From: Trueperaceae bacterium | Lineage (GTDB): Bacteria; Deinococcota; Deinococci; Deinococcales; Trueperaceae | NCBI GenBank assembly: GCA_034521815.1 | Contig: JAXHLW010000013.1 | Span: forward strand, 1,312,001-1,376,000 | DNA: 64,000 bases | Direction of reading: 5' to 3' | The notes under the pieces: model-generated | What the model was told of the DNA's origin: nothing | Database searches by the model: none | Seen by the model: the letters and a program-made list of their open reading frames with translations, nothing else | In this document: positions 21,434 to 34,445 of the stretch, piece by piece | Layout: the number at the start of each line of letters is the position of its first letter | Numbering within the stretch: the stretch's first letter is position 1 | Translations under genes and position numbers: made by a program

Positions 21434-22432
21434 ATGACCGACTTCACTGACGATCTCAACGAACACGCCCCACGAGAAAACGCCCCACGAGATGATGGCA
21501 GCACCACGGACGCCGTGCCCGAAGCGGCGATGCGGTCGGGGTTCGTCGCCATCCTCGGCAAGCCGAACGTCGGCAAGTCGACGCTCCTCAACACCATCCT
21601 GGGCGTCAAGGTGGCTCCGATCAGCGCCAAGCCGCAGACCACACGGCGCGGCGTGCGCGGCATCTGGACCGACGTTCCGGCCCGGCGCCAGCTGGTGTTC
21701 GTCGACACGCCGGGACTCCACAAGGGACGCACCGCGCTCGACAACTTCATGTCCCGGGAGATCCGCGGAGCGGTGGCGGACGTCGAGGTCGTGCTCTGGG
21801 TGGTCGATCTGCGCAGACCCCCCGGGGACGAGGACCGGGACGTCGTGCGCCTGCTTCGCGGCATCGATCCGGCCACCCCGGTGTTCCTGATCGGCAACAA
21901 GCTGGACGTCGCGAAGTACCCGGACGAGGCCATGGAGCTGTACGCCGACCTGGGAGCCACCATCACGCGGCGCTACATGCTGTCCGCCCAGAACGACCCC
22001 AAGGCCGTCTACGAGCTGCGTGACGACCTGCTGGACCTGCTGCCCGAGGCGCCGTACTACTTCCCCGAGACGCTCAGGAGCGACCAGTCGCGCGAGCAGT
22101 GGGCCGGCGAGCTGATCCGCGAGAGCGCGATGACGCACCTGTACCAGGAGCTGCCCTACACCGTGGCCGTGAAGGTGGACGATTGGATCGACGCGGACGA
22201 AGAGGCGGACCAGCCGCTGATCATCCAGGCCGAGATCTGGGTCGAGAAGCCGCAGCACCGTCCGATCGTGATCGGCCACGGCGGACGGATGATCCGCGAG
22301 ATCGGTCGCACCGCCCGCAAGCAGCTCGAGATCTTCCTCGACCAGAAGATCTTCCTCGATCTCGAGGTCGTCGTCCGTCGCGACTGGCGGATGGACACGG
22401 AGGCGTTGCGCGAGCTGGGGTACGACGGCTGA
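21434..22432 (+). CDS. era: GTPase Era
   Basis: [35 protein letters not shown] motif VIGHGG. Confidence 0.96.
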   Translation: MTDFTDDLNEHAPRENAPRDDGSTTDAVPEAAMRSGFVAILGKPNVGKSTLLNTILGVKVAPISAKPQTTRRGVRGIWTDVPARRQLVFVDTPGLHKGRTALDNFMSREIRGAVADVEVVLWVVDLRRPPGDEDRDVVRLLRGIDPATPVFLIGNKLDVAKYPDEAMELYADLGATITRRYMLSAQNDPKAVYELRDDLLDLLPEAPYYFPETLRSDQSREQWAGELIRESAMTHLYQELPYTVAVKVDDWIDADEEADQPLIIQAEIWVEKPQHRPIVIGHGGRMIREIGRTARKQLEIFLDQKIFLDLEVVVRRDWRMDTEALRELGYDG

Positions 22433-22433
22433 C

Positions 22434-22784
22434 GTGCCGATCTTCGCTCGCTGGCGTCCGTTGAGCTCGCTGCCGGAGCGTCGCGGTCGTGATCCGCTTC
22501 CCGGCGTGTACGAGATCGCGGACGGCGACCGCCTCACGATCTACGTCGGCCAGTCGGGGCGCGACGTTCCGACCCGGATCCGCCAGCACCTCGCCGCCGG
22601 TGCCTGCGTCGCAGGCCGGGCGGCGTACTGGCGTATGGCCGAGAGCCGCGTGCCCCAGGCCGAGGAAGCGGACCTGCTGACCCGTCACCTGGCGCGTCAC
22701 GGCGCGCTGCCTCCGTGCAACGAGGCCACCCCCAGGACGCGCGACGCGCTGCGCCGCTACCGCGAGCGGAGTCGTGGCGGCTGA
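22434..22784 (+). CDS. Small GIY-YIG nuclease-like protein
   Basis: PGVYEI...IYVGQS...RIRQH; downstream E and N (PPCN). Confidence 0.7.
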   Translation: MPIFARWRPLSSLPERRGRDPLPGVYEIADGDRLTIYVGQSGRDVPTRIRQHLAAGACVAGRAAYWRMAESRVPQAEEADLLTRHLARHGALPPCNEATPRTRDALRRYRERSRGG

Positions 22785-22828
22785 CGCAGAAACACCGTCT
22801 CCGTCGGTACGGGTGCGAACTTCCGTAC

Positions 22829-22857
22829 TTGTGGGGGTTTTCCGGCCGTGCTAGAGT
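22829..22857 (+). promoter_or_regulatory. Promoter with extended -10
   Basis: TTGTGG-N17-TAGAGT with TG at 22849-22850. Confidence 0.5.
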
Positions 22858-22916
22858 CGCGAAAGACGGGACGGCAGATCCGCGTCCTGAATCTCGTGTT
22901 CCTTTGGAGGGATCCC

Positions 22917-23360
22917 ATGCGCAATCTCATGTTCGGCCTGTTGGCCGCTCTCGTGCTCGGCAGTGGAGCCGCGTTCGCCCAGAACGGGTTCTATGCCGGT
23001 GCGAGCGCCGGTTACCCCGGTGCCGCGCTTCACTTCGGTGTCGAAGACGTCGGCGCAGCCGGCCTCGACGCCCGCCTGAACATCGGCTACGCCTACGACG
23101 GCGACTTCTCGTTCGGCGTCGACGCGCTCTACGACCTGAACGTCGACACGGACAACCTCCCGATCGACGTCTACGTCGGTGGCGGTGTCGGTGCGGACTT
23201 CGGCGGCTCGTTCTTCCTCAAGGGCCTCGTCGGTGCAGAGTACCGGCTCGTCGAGATCGACGTGCCCGCCCTCGGCGTGTTCGTGGAAGTCGGCCCCACC
23301 TTCGACTTCTCCGGTGGCATCAGCGCCGACGCCCGTCTGGGCGTGAACTACCACTTCTGA
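22917..23360 (+). CDS. Small outer-membrane beta-barrel protein
   Basis: GGAGG RBS, signal peptide ending AFA-Q, alternating aromatic/Gly strands, C-terminal GVNYHF. Confidence 0.75.
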   Translation: MRNLMFGLLAALVLGSGAAFAQNGFYAGASAGYPGAALHFGVEDVGAAGLDARLNIGYAYDGDFSFGVDALYDLNVDTDNLPIDVYVGGGVGADFGGSFFLKGLVGAEYRLVEIDVPALGVFVEVGPTFDFSGGISADARLGVNYHF

Positions 23361-23386
23361 CCTTTCGGTCTTCGGACCGCAACGTC

Positions 23387-23419
23387 GAACGGGCCCGCTC
23401 TTCACGAGCGGGCCCGTTC
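23387..23419. terminator. Bidirectional terminator between convergent genes
   Basis: GAACGGGCCCGCTC-ttcac-GAGCGGGCCCGTTC. Confidence 0.75.
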
Positions 23420-23441
23420 TCGTGTCTCGTGCAACGGGCGC

Positions 23442-26400
23442 TCAGCCCACCGCGTAGAGCAGCTGCTGCAGCGCCTGGGGAACATCGGCCGACGCCAGGC
23501 CGCGCTTCTTGACCGAAAAGCCGGGCGGGTAGCGTGTCGCCTCCGCCGTGAACGCCAGGTCCCTCAGCTTGCGCGGATCGTAGTCGAGCTCGTCGAAGTT
23601 GGCGCGGAACGTCACCTGCACGTCGGTCATGTGCTCGCTGATCGCCGCGACGCCCTTGCCCTCGGCCAGCAGACGAAGCTTGACCAGCTCCAGGAACGCC
23701 TTGACCTCGGGCGGGAACGGACCGCGTGCGGACCGCAGCTCACGTGCGATGCGGCTCACCTCGGCCAGGCCCTCCGCCTCGGCCAGCCGCCCGTAGAACG
23801 CGATCCGCTCGTCGTCGTCGGGCAGGTACGCCGGCGTCAGCCGCGCATCGAGGTTCAGGTCCAGCGACACCGCGGGACGCTTCTCGGCCTTCTCCTCGCC
23901 CTTGAGCTTGGAGACCTCTTCGGCGAGGAGCTCCGTGTAGACCTCCAGCGAGACGGCGCTGACGTGCCCGTGCTGCTCGGGACCCAGCAGGTTCCCCACC
24001 CCGCGGATCTCCATGTCCTTCTCGGCCAGCAGGTGCCCCGAGCCCAGGTCGTTCAGCTCGGCGATCGCGTACAGCCGTCGCTGCGCCTGCTCGGTCAGCC
24101 GCCCCGGGTAGAGCAGGTACGCCCACGCCTCGGTCTGCCGGCGCCCCACGCGCCCGCGCAGCTGGTACAGCTGCGCCAGGCCCAGCCGGTCGGCACGCTC
24201 GATGATCAGGGTGTTCGCGCCGGCGACGTCCAGGCCGGACTCGACGATGGTGGTCGCCAGCAGGACGTCGAACGCGCCCTCCTCGAAGCCCAGCATGATC
24301 GCCTCGAGCTCGTCCGCCGCCATCTGGCCGTGCGCGACCCCGATCCGCGCCTCGGGCACGAGCTGCTGCAGCGTGCGTGCCCGCATCGACATCGAGCCGA
24401 TCCGGTCGTGGATGTAGTACGTCTTGCCGCCGCGCTCGAGCTCGTGCACGATGGCGCTTCGCACGGTCATCGGATCGTACGGCTGCAGCACCGTCTGGAT
24501 CGGCTGTCGGCCCTCGGGCGGCGTCATGATCTGGCTGACGTCGCGCAGGCCCACCAGGCTCATGTACAGCGTGCGCGGGATCGGCGTCGCCGACAGCGAC
24601 AGCACGTCCAGGTTCGCGCGCAGCGCCTTGAGCTTCTCCTTCTGCCCCACCCCGAAGCGGTGCTCCTCGTCGATGATCAGCAGACCGAGGCTCTCGTACT
24701 TGATTCCCTCGTTCAGAAGCCGGTGCGTGCCGATCACGACGTCCACCGTGCCGTCCGCCAAGCCCGTCAGCGCCGCCCGGGCGCCCGCGTCGCTGGTGAA
24801 CCGCGACAGCAGCGCCACGTTGACCGGAAGGCCCGCGACCCGCTCGGCGATGGTGTCGTAGTGCTGCTTGGCGAGGACGGTCGTCGGCACCAGCATGGCG
24901 ACCTGGTGACCGTTGGCCACCGCCCGCATCGCGGCGCGGATGGCGACCTCGGTCTTGCCGAACCCCACGTCGCCGCTGATGAGGCGGTCCATCGGGATCG
25001 ATCGCTCCATGTCCGCGAGCGTGTCGCTCACGGAGGTCGCCTGGTCCGGCGTCAGCACGAACGGGAAGTTCTTCTCGACCAGCGGATCCCACTCGGGCTG
25101 CTGCGGGAACGCCGTGCCCTGACTGACCTGCCGCTTGGCGTACGTCTTGATCAGCTCGGCGGCCAGCTCCTGCGCGCTGACGCGGGCCTTCTCCTTGGCC
25201 CGCGACCACTCGTTCGTCCCCAGCGTGGACAGCTTGGGCGGTACGTCCGACGTTCCCGGGTGGCGGCGCAGGAGGGGGAGCTGCTCGACGGGCAGGAACA
25301 GCCGGCCCTCGGCGGCGTAGCGCAGCTTCAGGTAGTCCCGTGCGACGCCCAGCACCTGGCGGGATTCCAGGCCCTGGAACAGCGCGACCCCGTGATCGGG
25401 ATGGATCAGGTAGTCGCCGACCGTGAGCTGGCTGGCGTCCTGCACAGCGCGACCGGGGAGGCGGCGCAGCTTGCGCCCGCCCTGATGGCCGTAGAGCAGG
25501 TCCTCGGTGAGGACCACCTCACGCTGAGCGTCGTCACGGTAGCCGCCCTCGGGGCGACCGGCCAGCGCCAGCGTGAGCTCGCCGGCACGGTCCGACACGC
25601 CGTTCCCCCAGCGGTGCGCGAGGTGACCGACGACCCTCTCGGTCAGGTAGCGCCCGGTCCGCTCGAAACGGAGCAGCAGCGTGACGGCGTAGCCGTCGCG
25701 CAGCCAGCCCTCGGCGTCGGCGGCGAACTCGTCGAGGCGGGCCCGGTAGTACGGCAGCGGCGTCAGGGACGACGGCCGGGCGTCCAGCGTCAGCGGATCG
25801 CGCCCGAACGACACGACCGACCGCTCCGCGAGATGCGTCCAGAGGCGCTCGGCCTCGGTGTCGGACGCGGTCCCCGCGTACAGCTCCGGCACGTCCAGGA
25901 ACACGGTGCCGGGCAGCGCCTCGAGAACGGTCCCGTCCCAGCCCTCCTCGTCCTCCTCGAACAGCGGCGCGTCGCGGCGCGGCGACAACACGTGGGCCGC
26001 GACCTCGCGACCGTTCAGGCGCAGCTCGTCGAGCTCGTCGCCGAAGAACCCGAGGCGCAGCTGAGGTCCTTCGGGGTCCTCCGTGAGGAAGATCGTCACG
26101 CTGTCGCCGTGGACAGCGGTTCCTGGCGTCTCGTCGCGGGGGTAGCCGAACGCGTCCAGCGTCGTCAGCAGCTCGTCGCGCGGGTGGGAGCCCCCGACCT
26201 CGAACACCGTCCGGTACCTCGCCGGATCGCGCGGGAAGGCCCTGAGCGCGTGATCGAGCGTCAGCACGACCTTCTCCGGCCGATCGCTCCAAACGTCCAG
26301 GTCGGGATCGAGCGCCGCGGCCACGCCGAACGCGCCCGCGCTCTCGAACCGCTCCGCTCGGTCGGACGTGGTCAGGAGCACCGCCTCGCCCGGGTGGCGG

Positions 26401-26534
26401 GCGAAACGCGCCAGCCGTGCGACCGACGGCAGGCCCAGCTCCCGTACGCCGCTGGCGGACGGACGATCCACGGCCGGCGAACCCGGCTCGGACGTCCCTC
26501 GAGGAGCGCTTCGCGGCGAGGCTGGCTGGGTCAT
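23442..26534 (-). CDS. mfd: Transcription-repair coupling factor
   Basis: RID domain ([11 protein letters not shown]), [44 protein letters not shown]-terminus. Confidence 0.95.
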   Translation of the reverse strand: MTQPASPRSAPRGTSEPGSPAVDRPSASGVRELGLPSVARLARFARHPGEAVLLTTSDRAERFESAGAFGVAAALDPDLDVWSDRPEKVVLTLDHALRAFPRDPARYRTVFEVGGSHPRDELLTTLDAFGYPRDETPGTAVHGDSVTIFLTEDPEGPQLRLGFFGDELDELRLNGREVAAHVLSPRRDAPLFEEDEEGWDGTVLEALPGTVFLDVPELYAGTASDTEAERLWTHLAERSVVSFGRDPLTLDARPSSLTPLPYYRARLDEFAADAEGWLRDGYAVTLLLRFERTGRYLTERVVGHLAHRWGNGVSDRAGELTLALAGRPEGGYRDDAQREVVLTEDLLYGHQGGRKLRRLPGRAVQDASQLTVGDYLIHPDHGVALFQGLESRQVLGVARDYLKLRYAAEGRLFLPVEQLPLLRRHPGTSDVPPKLSTLGTNEWSRAKEKARVSAQELAAELIKTYAKRQVSQGTAFPQQPEWDPLVEKNFPFVLTPDQATSVSDTLADMERSIPMDRLISGDVGFGKTEVAIRAAMRAVANGHQVAMLVPTTVLAKQHYDTIAERVAGLPVNVALLSRFTSDAGARAALTGLADGTVDVVIGTHRLLNEGIKYESLGLLIIDEEHRFGVGQKEKLKALRANLDVLSLSATPIPRTLYMSLVGLRDVSQIMTPPEGRQPIQTVLQPYDPMTVRSAIVHELERGGKTYYIHDRIGSMSMRARTLQQLVPEARIGVAHGQMAADELEAIMLGFEEGAFDVLLATTIVESGLDVAGANTLIIERADRLGLAQLYQLRGRVGRRQTEAWAYLLYPGRLTEQAQRRLYAIAELNDLGSGHLLAEKDMEIRGVGNLLGPEQHGHVSAVSLEVYTELLAEEVSKLKGEEKAEKRPAVSLDLNLDARLTPAYLPDDDERIAFYGRLAEAEGLAEVSRIARELRSARGPFPPEVKAFLELVKLRLLAEGKGVAAISEHMTDVQVTFRANFDELDYDPRKLRDLAFTAEATRYPPGFSVKKRGLASADVPQALQQLLYAVG

Positions 26535-26563
26535 GAGGAGGGTTTGATCATGAAAAGGACCGA

Positions 26564-26600
26564 GTCATGGGGAGATTGGGGTCATGGGGAGATTGGGGTC
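26564..26600 (+). repeat. 17-bp tandem repeat forming a G-quadruplex motif
   Basis: (GTCATGGGGAGATTGGG)x2, giving four GGGG tracts. Confidence 0.85.
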
Positions 26601-26701
26601 AGGGCGAGCCTGATGCGGACGTCCCGTGCGCAGTTCGCGCGGGGACGGGCCATGCCGGCCACGAGGATAGCAGGGTCGCTGGTCGCGCGGCGGCGGCCGG
26701 C

Positions 26702-27538
26702 CTACCGGCCGGCGTCGCCTTCGCGAACGTCGAGCGCCAGCCGATAGGCGTCGTTGCGGGGCACGCCCAGCGCTTGGAGCGCGTCGCGAAGGGTGCGCCC
26801 GGTGACGCCGGCCGACGCCAGAGCGACGGCCAGCGCCTCGCCTTCCGGCGTGTCGCTCTCGGGCGCCTCGTCCTCGGCGCGCCCGCCGACGATGACCACG
26901 CACTCGCCTCGCGGCGCGGTCCGGGTGAACCGCGCGGCCAGCTCGGCCAGCGAGCCTCGAGCCGTCTCCTCGTGCTTCTTGGTGAGCTCACGGCTGACGC
27001 TCGCCGGTCGCTCGTCCCCGCACGCCTCGGCCAGGTCCGCCAGGGTCGCAGCGACGCGCGGAGGCGCCTCGTAGATCGCGGTCGGATGGTCCCTGCGTGC
27101 GATCGCGCCGATCCGCCTGCCGCGTGCGGCACCCTTGCGGGGCAGGAATCCGTCGAACGAGAACCGCGCGAGCGGCAGGCCGGACAGCACCAGGGCGGGC
27201 ACGAAGGCGGTCGGTCCGGGGAGCGCCTCGACCTCGTGGCCCGCCGCGAGCGCGAGCCGAACCAGGTCGGCACCGGGGTCGCTCACGCCGGGCGTGCCGG
27301 CGTCGCTCACGTACGCCACGACGTCGTGATCGCTCAGCACGCCGGGCCCGCGCGAGGCGACGGTGTGCGCGTCCAGACGGACCAGCGGCGTCGCGATGCC
27401 GTGGTGCGCCAGCAGGTTGCCGCTTCGGCGGGTGTCCTCGGCCGCGACCACGTCCGCGGTCCTGAGCACCTCGAGCGCGTGGAGGGTGATGTCGTGGAGG
27501 GCGCCGATCGGCGTCGGGACGAGGATCAGCCGACTCAC
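26702..27538 (-). CDS. rsmI: 16S rRNA C1402 2'-O-methyltransferase
   Basis: VPTPIG, AEDTR, SDAGTPGVSDPG, GFLPRK, YEAP, RELTKKHEE. Confidence 0.95.
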   Translation of the reverse strand: MSRLILVPTPIGALHDITLHALEVLRTADVVAAEDTRRSGNLLAHHGIATPLVRLDAHTVASRGPGVLSDHDVVAYVSDAGTPGVSDPGADLVRLALAAGHEVEALPGPTAFVPALVLSGLPLARFSFDGFLPRKGAARGRRIGAIARRDHPTAIYEAPPRVAATLADLAEACGDERPASVSRELTKKHEETARGSLAELAARFTRTAPRGECVVIVGGRAEDEAPESDTPEGEALAVALASAGVTGRTLRDALQALGVPRNDAYRLALDVREGDAGR

Positions 27539-27750
27539 GCGCCGCCGCCGGCCGGCGTGGGCCGCAACCGGGCGCGACTGCGGCGCCGGGCGTTGCGGCG
27601 AAGCGCCGAGCGCAACGCGGCGCGGACCAGCTCGGCCTCGCCCACGGTCACGGTGACCACCGCACCGTCGGGCAGGCGCACGCCCTCGTCGAGCCGGACG
27701 ACGTTGCCCGACACGACGCCCTTATAGGCGCGCACGATGGTCCTCGTCAC
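27535..27750 (-). CDS. Small hypothetical protein with an AbrB/DUF104-like fold and Arg-rich tail
   Basis: RAYKGVVSGNVVRLDEGVRLPDGAVVTVTV; overlaps the rsmI start; alternative GTG start at 27735. Confidence 0.6.
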   Translation of the reverse strand: MTRTIVRAYKGVVSGNVVRLDEGVRLPDGAVVTVTVGEAELVRAALRSALRRNARRRSRARLRPTPAGGGA

Positions 27751-27960
27751 GTCGGGCCGTGCCGGACTCCGTGCGTCGTCGCGAATCGGTCACGAGGGCA
27801 GCGTAGCAGGTCGCCCATGGCCGGGTCCATGCTGGGAGACGACGCCCGAAGCACGCCTCTCGGTACCCCCTACGGGTATCATGTCCGCAACGACCGCCCG
27901 CGCCGGGACCCGGCCATCGCATGCCGCTCCCGCTCGCTCGTTTTCGATTCGGAGGACTCG

Positions 27961-28053
27961 ATGGACGCCACTCTCTGGACTCTCGCTCGCACCGACCCCG
28001 CCGGAGGCGGGAACGATCCAGGCGCGGGCCGCGACCGCGCGGGCTCCCGGTGA
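27961..28053 (+). CDS. Possible 30-aa leader peptide
   Basis: GGAGGA RBS then ATG; its stop overlaps the GTG of the next gene. Confidence 0.35.
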   Translation: MDATLWTLARTDPAGGGNDPGAGRDRAGSR

Positions 28054-28349
28054 GCGCCGCCACGACGGCGCCGAGCAGCGTTCCTTTCGCGATCGACCCG
28101 TCCGAGAAGAAACGCATCCTGAACCGGCTCAAGCGGCTCGAGGGCCAGGTCCGTGGCCTTCAGCGCATGGTGGACGAGGAACGGTCGTGCCGCGAGATCC
28201 TGACGTTGCTGTCCGGCGTGCGTAGCGCGCTCGACGCGACCGGCGACGCGGTGCTCGAGAACTACCTCAGGCGCTGCCAGGCCGACTTCGAGACGGGCTC
28301 GGGCGAGGTCGGCGATCTGCTCGCCGCGGTGAAGCTGGCGCGAGGCTGA
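28050..28349 (+). CDS. CsoR/RcnR/CstR family transcriptional repressor
   Basis: RLKRLEGQVRGLQRMV, C..IL..LS.VRSAL, YLRRC. Confidence 0.9.
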   Translation: MSAATTAPSSVPFAIDPSEKKRILNRLKRLEGQVRGLQRMVDEERSCREILTLLSGVRSALDATGDAVLENYLRRCQADFETGSGEVGDLLAAVKLARG

Positions 28350-28448
28350 GGAGCCCCTGCCGCCGGGCGGCGTCGGCTGCGAGGCGTCGGCCGTGAAGCA
28401 CCGTCGCGGCACGCCCGGTCACGGCACGCCCGGTCACGGCGGGTCAGG

Positions 28449-29615
28449 TCACGGCGAAGCTCGGTAGATCCTGCGCTGCAGACCGACGCCGGGGTAGTAG
28501 TACGCCAGGATGCGACCGAAGTCGTACCCGCTCAGGGCCAGCGCCCGCGCGCCGTACTGACTCATGCCGACCCCGTGGCCCCAGCCGTCGCCGAGAACCG
28601 TCAGCGGAGCGACGCTCGAGATCCTCGTCGACTTGAGTCCGACGCGTCGCAACACCCGCGTGAGCGTGGTGCCCGATACGACCACGTTGCCGGTATCGCC
28701 GGCGATCTCGGCCCGCGACACGCGTCCCGACGCGCTGCGCGCGAGGATCGTGAGTCCGGTCGGCGTCCCCACGGAGCGCCCCTCCGCCGCCAGCGCGCCA
28801 CGCAGCGCCGTGGGCGCGATGCTCACGGTCCAGCGGCGATGCGGCGAGGCGCTGGGGACGTCGGTACGTGCACGGAGGTAGGGAACGTCGCGCCCCCACA
28901 CCTCGGCCGAGGACGCCACGGCGCCGCCCGAGTCGGCGTGATAGTACGCGATCGCGGGGGCGCCCGCCCACGCGATCACGATCCCCTCCGTGTCCGCGAC
29001 GGCGCGGTCGCTCCGGGGGTGCTCGACCTCCATCCCGCGGTAGACCTGGCATGCGTCGGTGGAGCAGATGTCGTAGTCCGCGCCAGGGTCCAGCGACGCC
29101 AGCGTGTAGCTCCGAGCGGCCACGGCCTGCGCCTTGAGCGCCTCGATCGGCCACGCCGCCTGCATCTCCGAGGGCACCACGCCCCGCAGGTACGCCTCGA
29201 GATCGACGAGATTGACGACACGCAACGCACCGTCGTGCACCTCGACACGGAGCCCGCCACGGTACGCGCGCCCGTCGCGACGCACCACCTCGTTCTCGGG
29301 CAGAAGCTCCAGCCACGGCCCCACCTCTGCCCCGTCCGACACGATGACGCCGTCACGTACCGTCAGCGGCCAGGCGAGCGCGGCGACACCGGTCCGTGCG
29401 CCACGGACCGTTCGGACCTCGTGGGGCCCGCCGAGCTCCACCACCGTCGCCGCGAGACCGTCCTCGAGCAGCACGCGGACGAGCTGTCCGGCCCAGCCGA
29501 CACTGAAAAGGAGCGACACGACCATCAGGCCGACCACCACGATCGGTCGGATCGCGACGCGGCCCGGAAGCGCGGCTGGTGAACGTCGGTGAGAGGCCGC
29601 CTGGCTAGCGATCAT
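28449..29615 (-). CDS. SpoIID/LytB domain protein (lytic transglycosylase-like)
   Basis: YLRGVVPSEM, EALKAQAVAARSY, CQVY, GWGHGVGMSQYGA. Confidence 0.92.
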   Translation of the reverse strand: MIASQAASHRRSPAALPGRVAIRPIVVVGLMVVSLLFSVGWAGQLVRVLLEDGLAATVVELGGPHEVRTVRGARTGVAALAWPLTVRDGVIVSDGAEVGPWLELLPENEVVRRDGRAYRGGLRVEVHDGALRVVNLVDLEAYLRGVVPSEMQAAWPIEALKAQAVAARSYTLASLDPGADYDICSTDACQVYRGMEVEHPRSDRAVADTEGIVIAWAGAPAIAYYHADSGGAVASSAEVWGRDVPYLRARTDVPSASPHRRWTVSIAPTALRGALAAEGRSVGTPTGLTILARSASGRVSRAEIAGDTGNVVVSGTTLTRVLRRVGLKSTRISSVAPLTVLGDGWGHGVGMSQYGARALALSGYDFGRILAYYYPGVGLQRRIYRASP

Positions 29616-29663
29616 GTCGCGGTTCCACGGGTCCGTGGATCGCGCCTGCGCGGCCCGCCGGCC

Positions 29664-30083
29664 TCAGAGCTGGCTGTTGTCGGGCACGTCGACACGGAAG
29701 AGCCCGGTGGCCCCGCTGAAGGTGAGCTGGATGGTGTACTCGCCCCGCCCCTCGTCGAACACCTCATCGATCGCGATGCGCTGTCCACGCCGGTACATCT
29801 CCTCGAACACGAGCTCGGGCGGCTCCGCCGAGCGGTTGGTCTGAAAGCTGCCGGTGTCCTGGTAGACGATCTGCACCCGGACCTCGCCGTCGCGAACGCG
29901 GCCGCTGACCTCGATCGGCATCGCATCGCGCTGAATCGTGCGCCTTGCGGTGGACGCGCTTCCGTCGCGCTTGTACACGAACACGGGGGTCGAGCCGGCG
30001 ACGCCGACGTTCCATCCCACCGTCTCGCCCACGGCGAAGAAGACGATCGCTGCGAACAGAACGAACCCCAAGAACTCACGCAT
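29664..30083 (-). CDS. Hypothetical membrane-anchored beta-rich protein
   Basis: N-terminal hydrophobic helix; TAGGCT -10 hexamer 6 nt before the ATG. Confidence 0.7.
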   Translation of the reverse strand: MREFLGFVLFAAIVFFAVGETVGWNVGVAGSTPVFVYKRDGSASTARRTIQRDAMPIEVSGRVRDGEVRVQIVYQDTGSFQTNRSAEPPELVFEEMYRRGQRIAIDEVFDEGRGEYTIQLTFSGATGLFRVDVPDNSQL

Positions 30084-30241
30084 GGTCAGAGCCTACTTCA
30101 GGCGTGGGCCGGCGCGACGTGAAGTCCGCTGCACCCAGGCGACCGCCAAGGCGCCGCCCGACGACCGGGCGGCCGTCGGGCGGGCAGCGAGCGGCCCTCG
30201 GGTGGCGAACGAGGCGGGCAGCCAACCTGCCGCGACCGGCG

Positions 30242-32965
<2,724 letters not shown>

Positions 32966-33106
32966 CGTTCCTCCTCGTGGCGGACGGTGCGCAGCAGGCA
33001 CCGGCCATGGGCTCGCACCGCGGTGGCGGCGCGGCGTCCGGGCCGAGCGAAGGGGTCGGGACGGCCGGGACGGGCTCCCCTAGAGTGTCGTACGCTTCTA
33101 GGTGAT

Positions 33107-33859
33107 ATGAGCCGTTCTGAATCACGTTCCAGCCTGGGCGTCCCCCCTGCCGACCCCGCTGCCGACGCCGGCGACGCTTCCGATCCGTCCGTCGTGACCC
33201 GCACCGACGCCGAGGCGCGACGGACGGCCGTCGTGCTCGACGAAGAGCGTGCCCGGCTGCTTCTCGGTGCACGCACCCGCTCCCAGCTCGCACCGTTCCT
33301 GGGCGCCGCCCTCACCGTCGGCGAGGCGGCACGGCGCAGCGGCGAGAAGCCGAACACCGTGCTGCGGCGGGTCCGTCGGTTCGTGGACGCTGGTCTTCTG
33401 GAGGTCGCCGAGATCGTGCCTCGTCGCGGTCGGCCGATGCGGCGCTACCGAGCGGTCGCCGACGTGTTCTTCGTCCCGTTCGAGGCGGGGGCGGCGGGCG
33501 ATCTCGAGGAAGCCCTCGCCGAGCGTGAGGCGTGGGTCGAGCGGCTGCTTCGGCGGGCCGTCGTGCGCGCGCGTCGCGAGGCGCTCGGGACCTGGGGCAC
33601 GCGGATCTACCGCGACGAGCGCGGACGCGTCCAGGTGCAGATGGCGGTCCGTCCCGACGCCGACGTGGCGCCCGCAGGTCCCGAGGGGCCCGCGGTGCTG
33701 TCGGCCTGGCGCGACGGCCTGGAGCTGGACTACCCGGACGCCAAGCAGCTCCAACGCGAGCTGATCGAGCTTCTCCACCGCTATCAGCGCAAGCGTGGCG
33801 CCCAACGCTACGTGGTGCACCTGGGCCTCGCCCCGGTGTCGCCCGAGGACGCGTTCTGA
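33107..33859 (+). CDS. Winged-HTH (ArsR-like) transcriptional regulator
   Basis: LAPFLG..TVGEAAR.....NTV..RV......GLL, RRGRPMRRY; divergent from acnA; start uncertain. Confidence 0.75.
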   Translation: MSRSESRSSLGVPPADPAADAGDASDPSVVTRTDAEARRTAVVLDEERARLLLGARTRSQLAPFLGAALTVGEAARRSGEKPNTVLRRVRRFVDAGLLEVAEIVPRRGRPMRRYRAVADVFFVPFEAGAAGDLEEALAEREAWVERLLRRAVVRARREALGTWGTRIYRDERGRVQVQMAVRPDADVAPAGPEGPAVLSAWRDGLELDYPDAKQLQRELIELLHRYQRKRGAQRYVVHLGLAPVSPEDAF

Positions 33860-33893
33860 GCAGCGACCGCGCCTGCGGCTCTATGATGCTGGC

Positions 33894-34283
33894 ATGGTCT
33901 GGAACCCGATGGTCTGGAACCGAACGGCCTGGAACCGATCCGCATCGCTGGTCCTGGCGCTCCTCTTGATCGCTGGGGTCGCCTGTGCACCCTCCACGAC
34001 GCGGCCGACGGCCTCCGGCGCCACCGGTGCGCGCCCGCCCGCCGCCTCGGCCACGCTGGGTCCGGTGGAGCGCACCGCCTGGGAAGCGTGGCTGCTCATG
34101 GAGCTCGGCCGGCTGCGGCTGGGCGTGTACGGTACGGAGGCCCTCGTCGACCTGGCGCTGCCCGCCGGCGTGCGCTGGACGGTGGTCGAATACGGTCCCG
34201 ACGACTACGCGCTGGCCGTCACCAGCGACGGCACCGAGTCCGGCCTGCGCGTCGAGCCCGGCGGCGTCAGCGCGCTGCGGTGA
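33894..34283 (+). CDS. Hypothetical lipoprotein
   Basis: Hydrophobic segment then GVAC lipobox; TATGAT 6 nt upstream; N-terminal 15-bp tandem repeat (MVWNP/MVWNR/TAWNR). Confidence 0.6.
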   Translation: MVWNPMVWNRTAWNRSASLVLALLLIAGVACAPSTTRPTASGATGARPPAASATLGPVERTAWEAWLLMELGRLRLGVYGTEALVDLALPAGVRWTVVEYGPDDYALAVTSDGTESGLRVEPGGVSALR

Positions 34284-34445
34284 CGATCTCGTGATCGACG
34301 CGTGCTAGCGTCGTGAACGACCCTCCGGTGACGGACCGGCTGCCGACGCCGCCCCTCCACGCCACGACCCCTCTACGCCACGCTCCCCGGCGCTCGACCG
34401 ACACGCTTCGCACGTCTCGTTCACGTCTCGACGGAAAGGAATCCC

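Noticed and set aside
22858-22910. c-di-GMP-I riboswitch-like words (CGAAAGA..GGGACG) in the porin leader
   Set aside because: Lacks the GGCAAAC/GCAAAG consensus and pairing; a Rfam cmscan would be decisive
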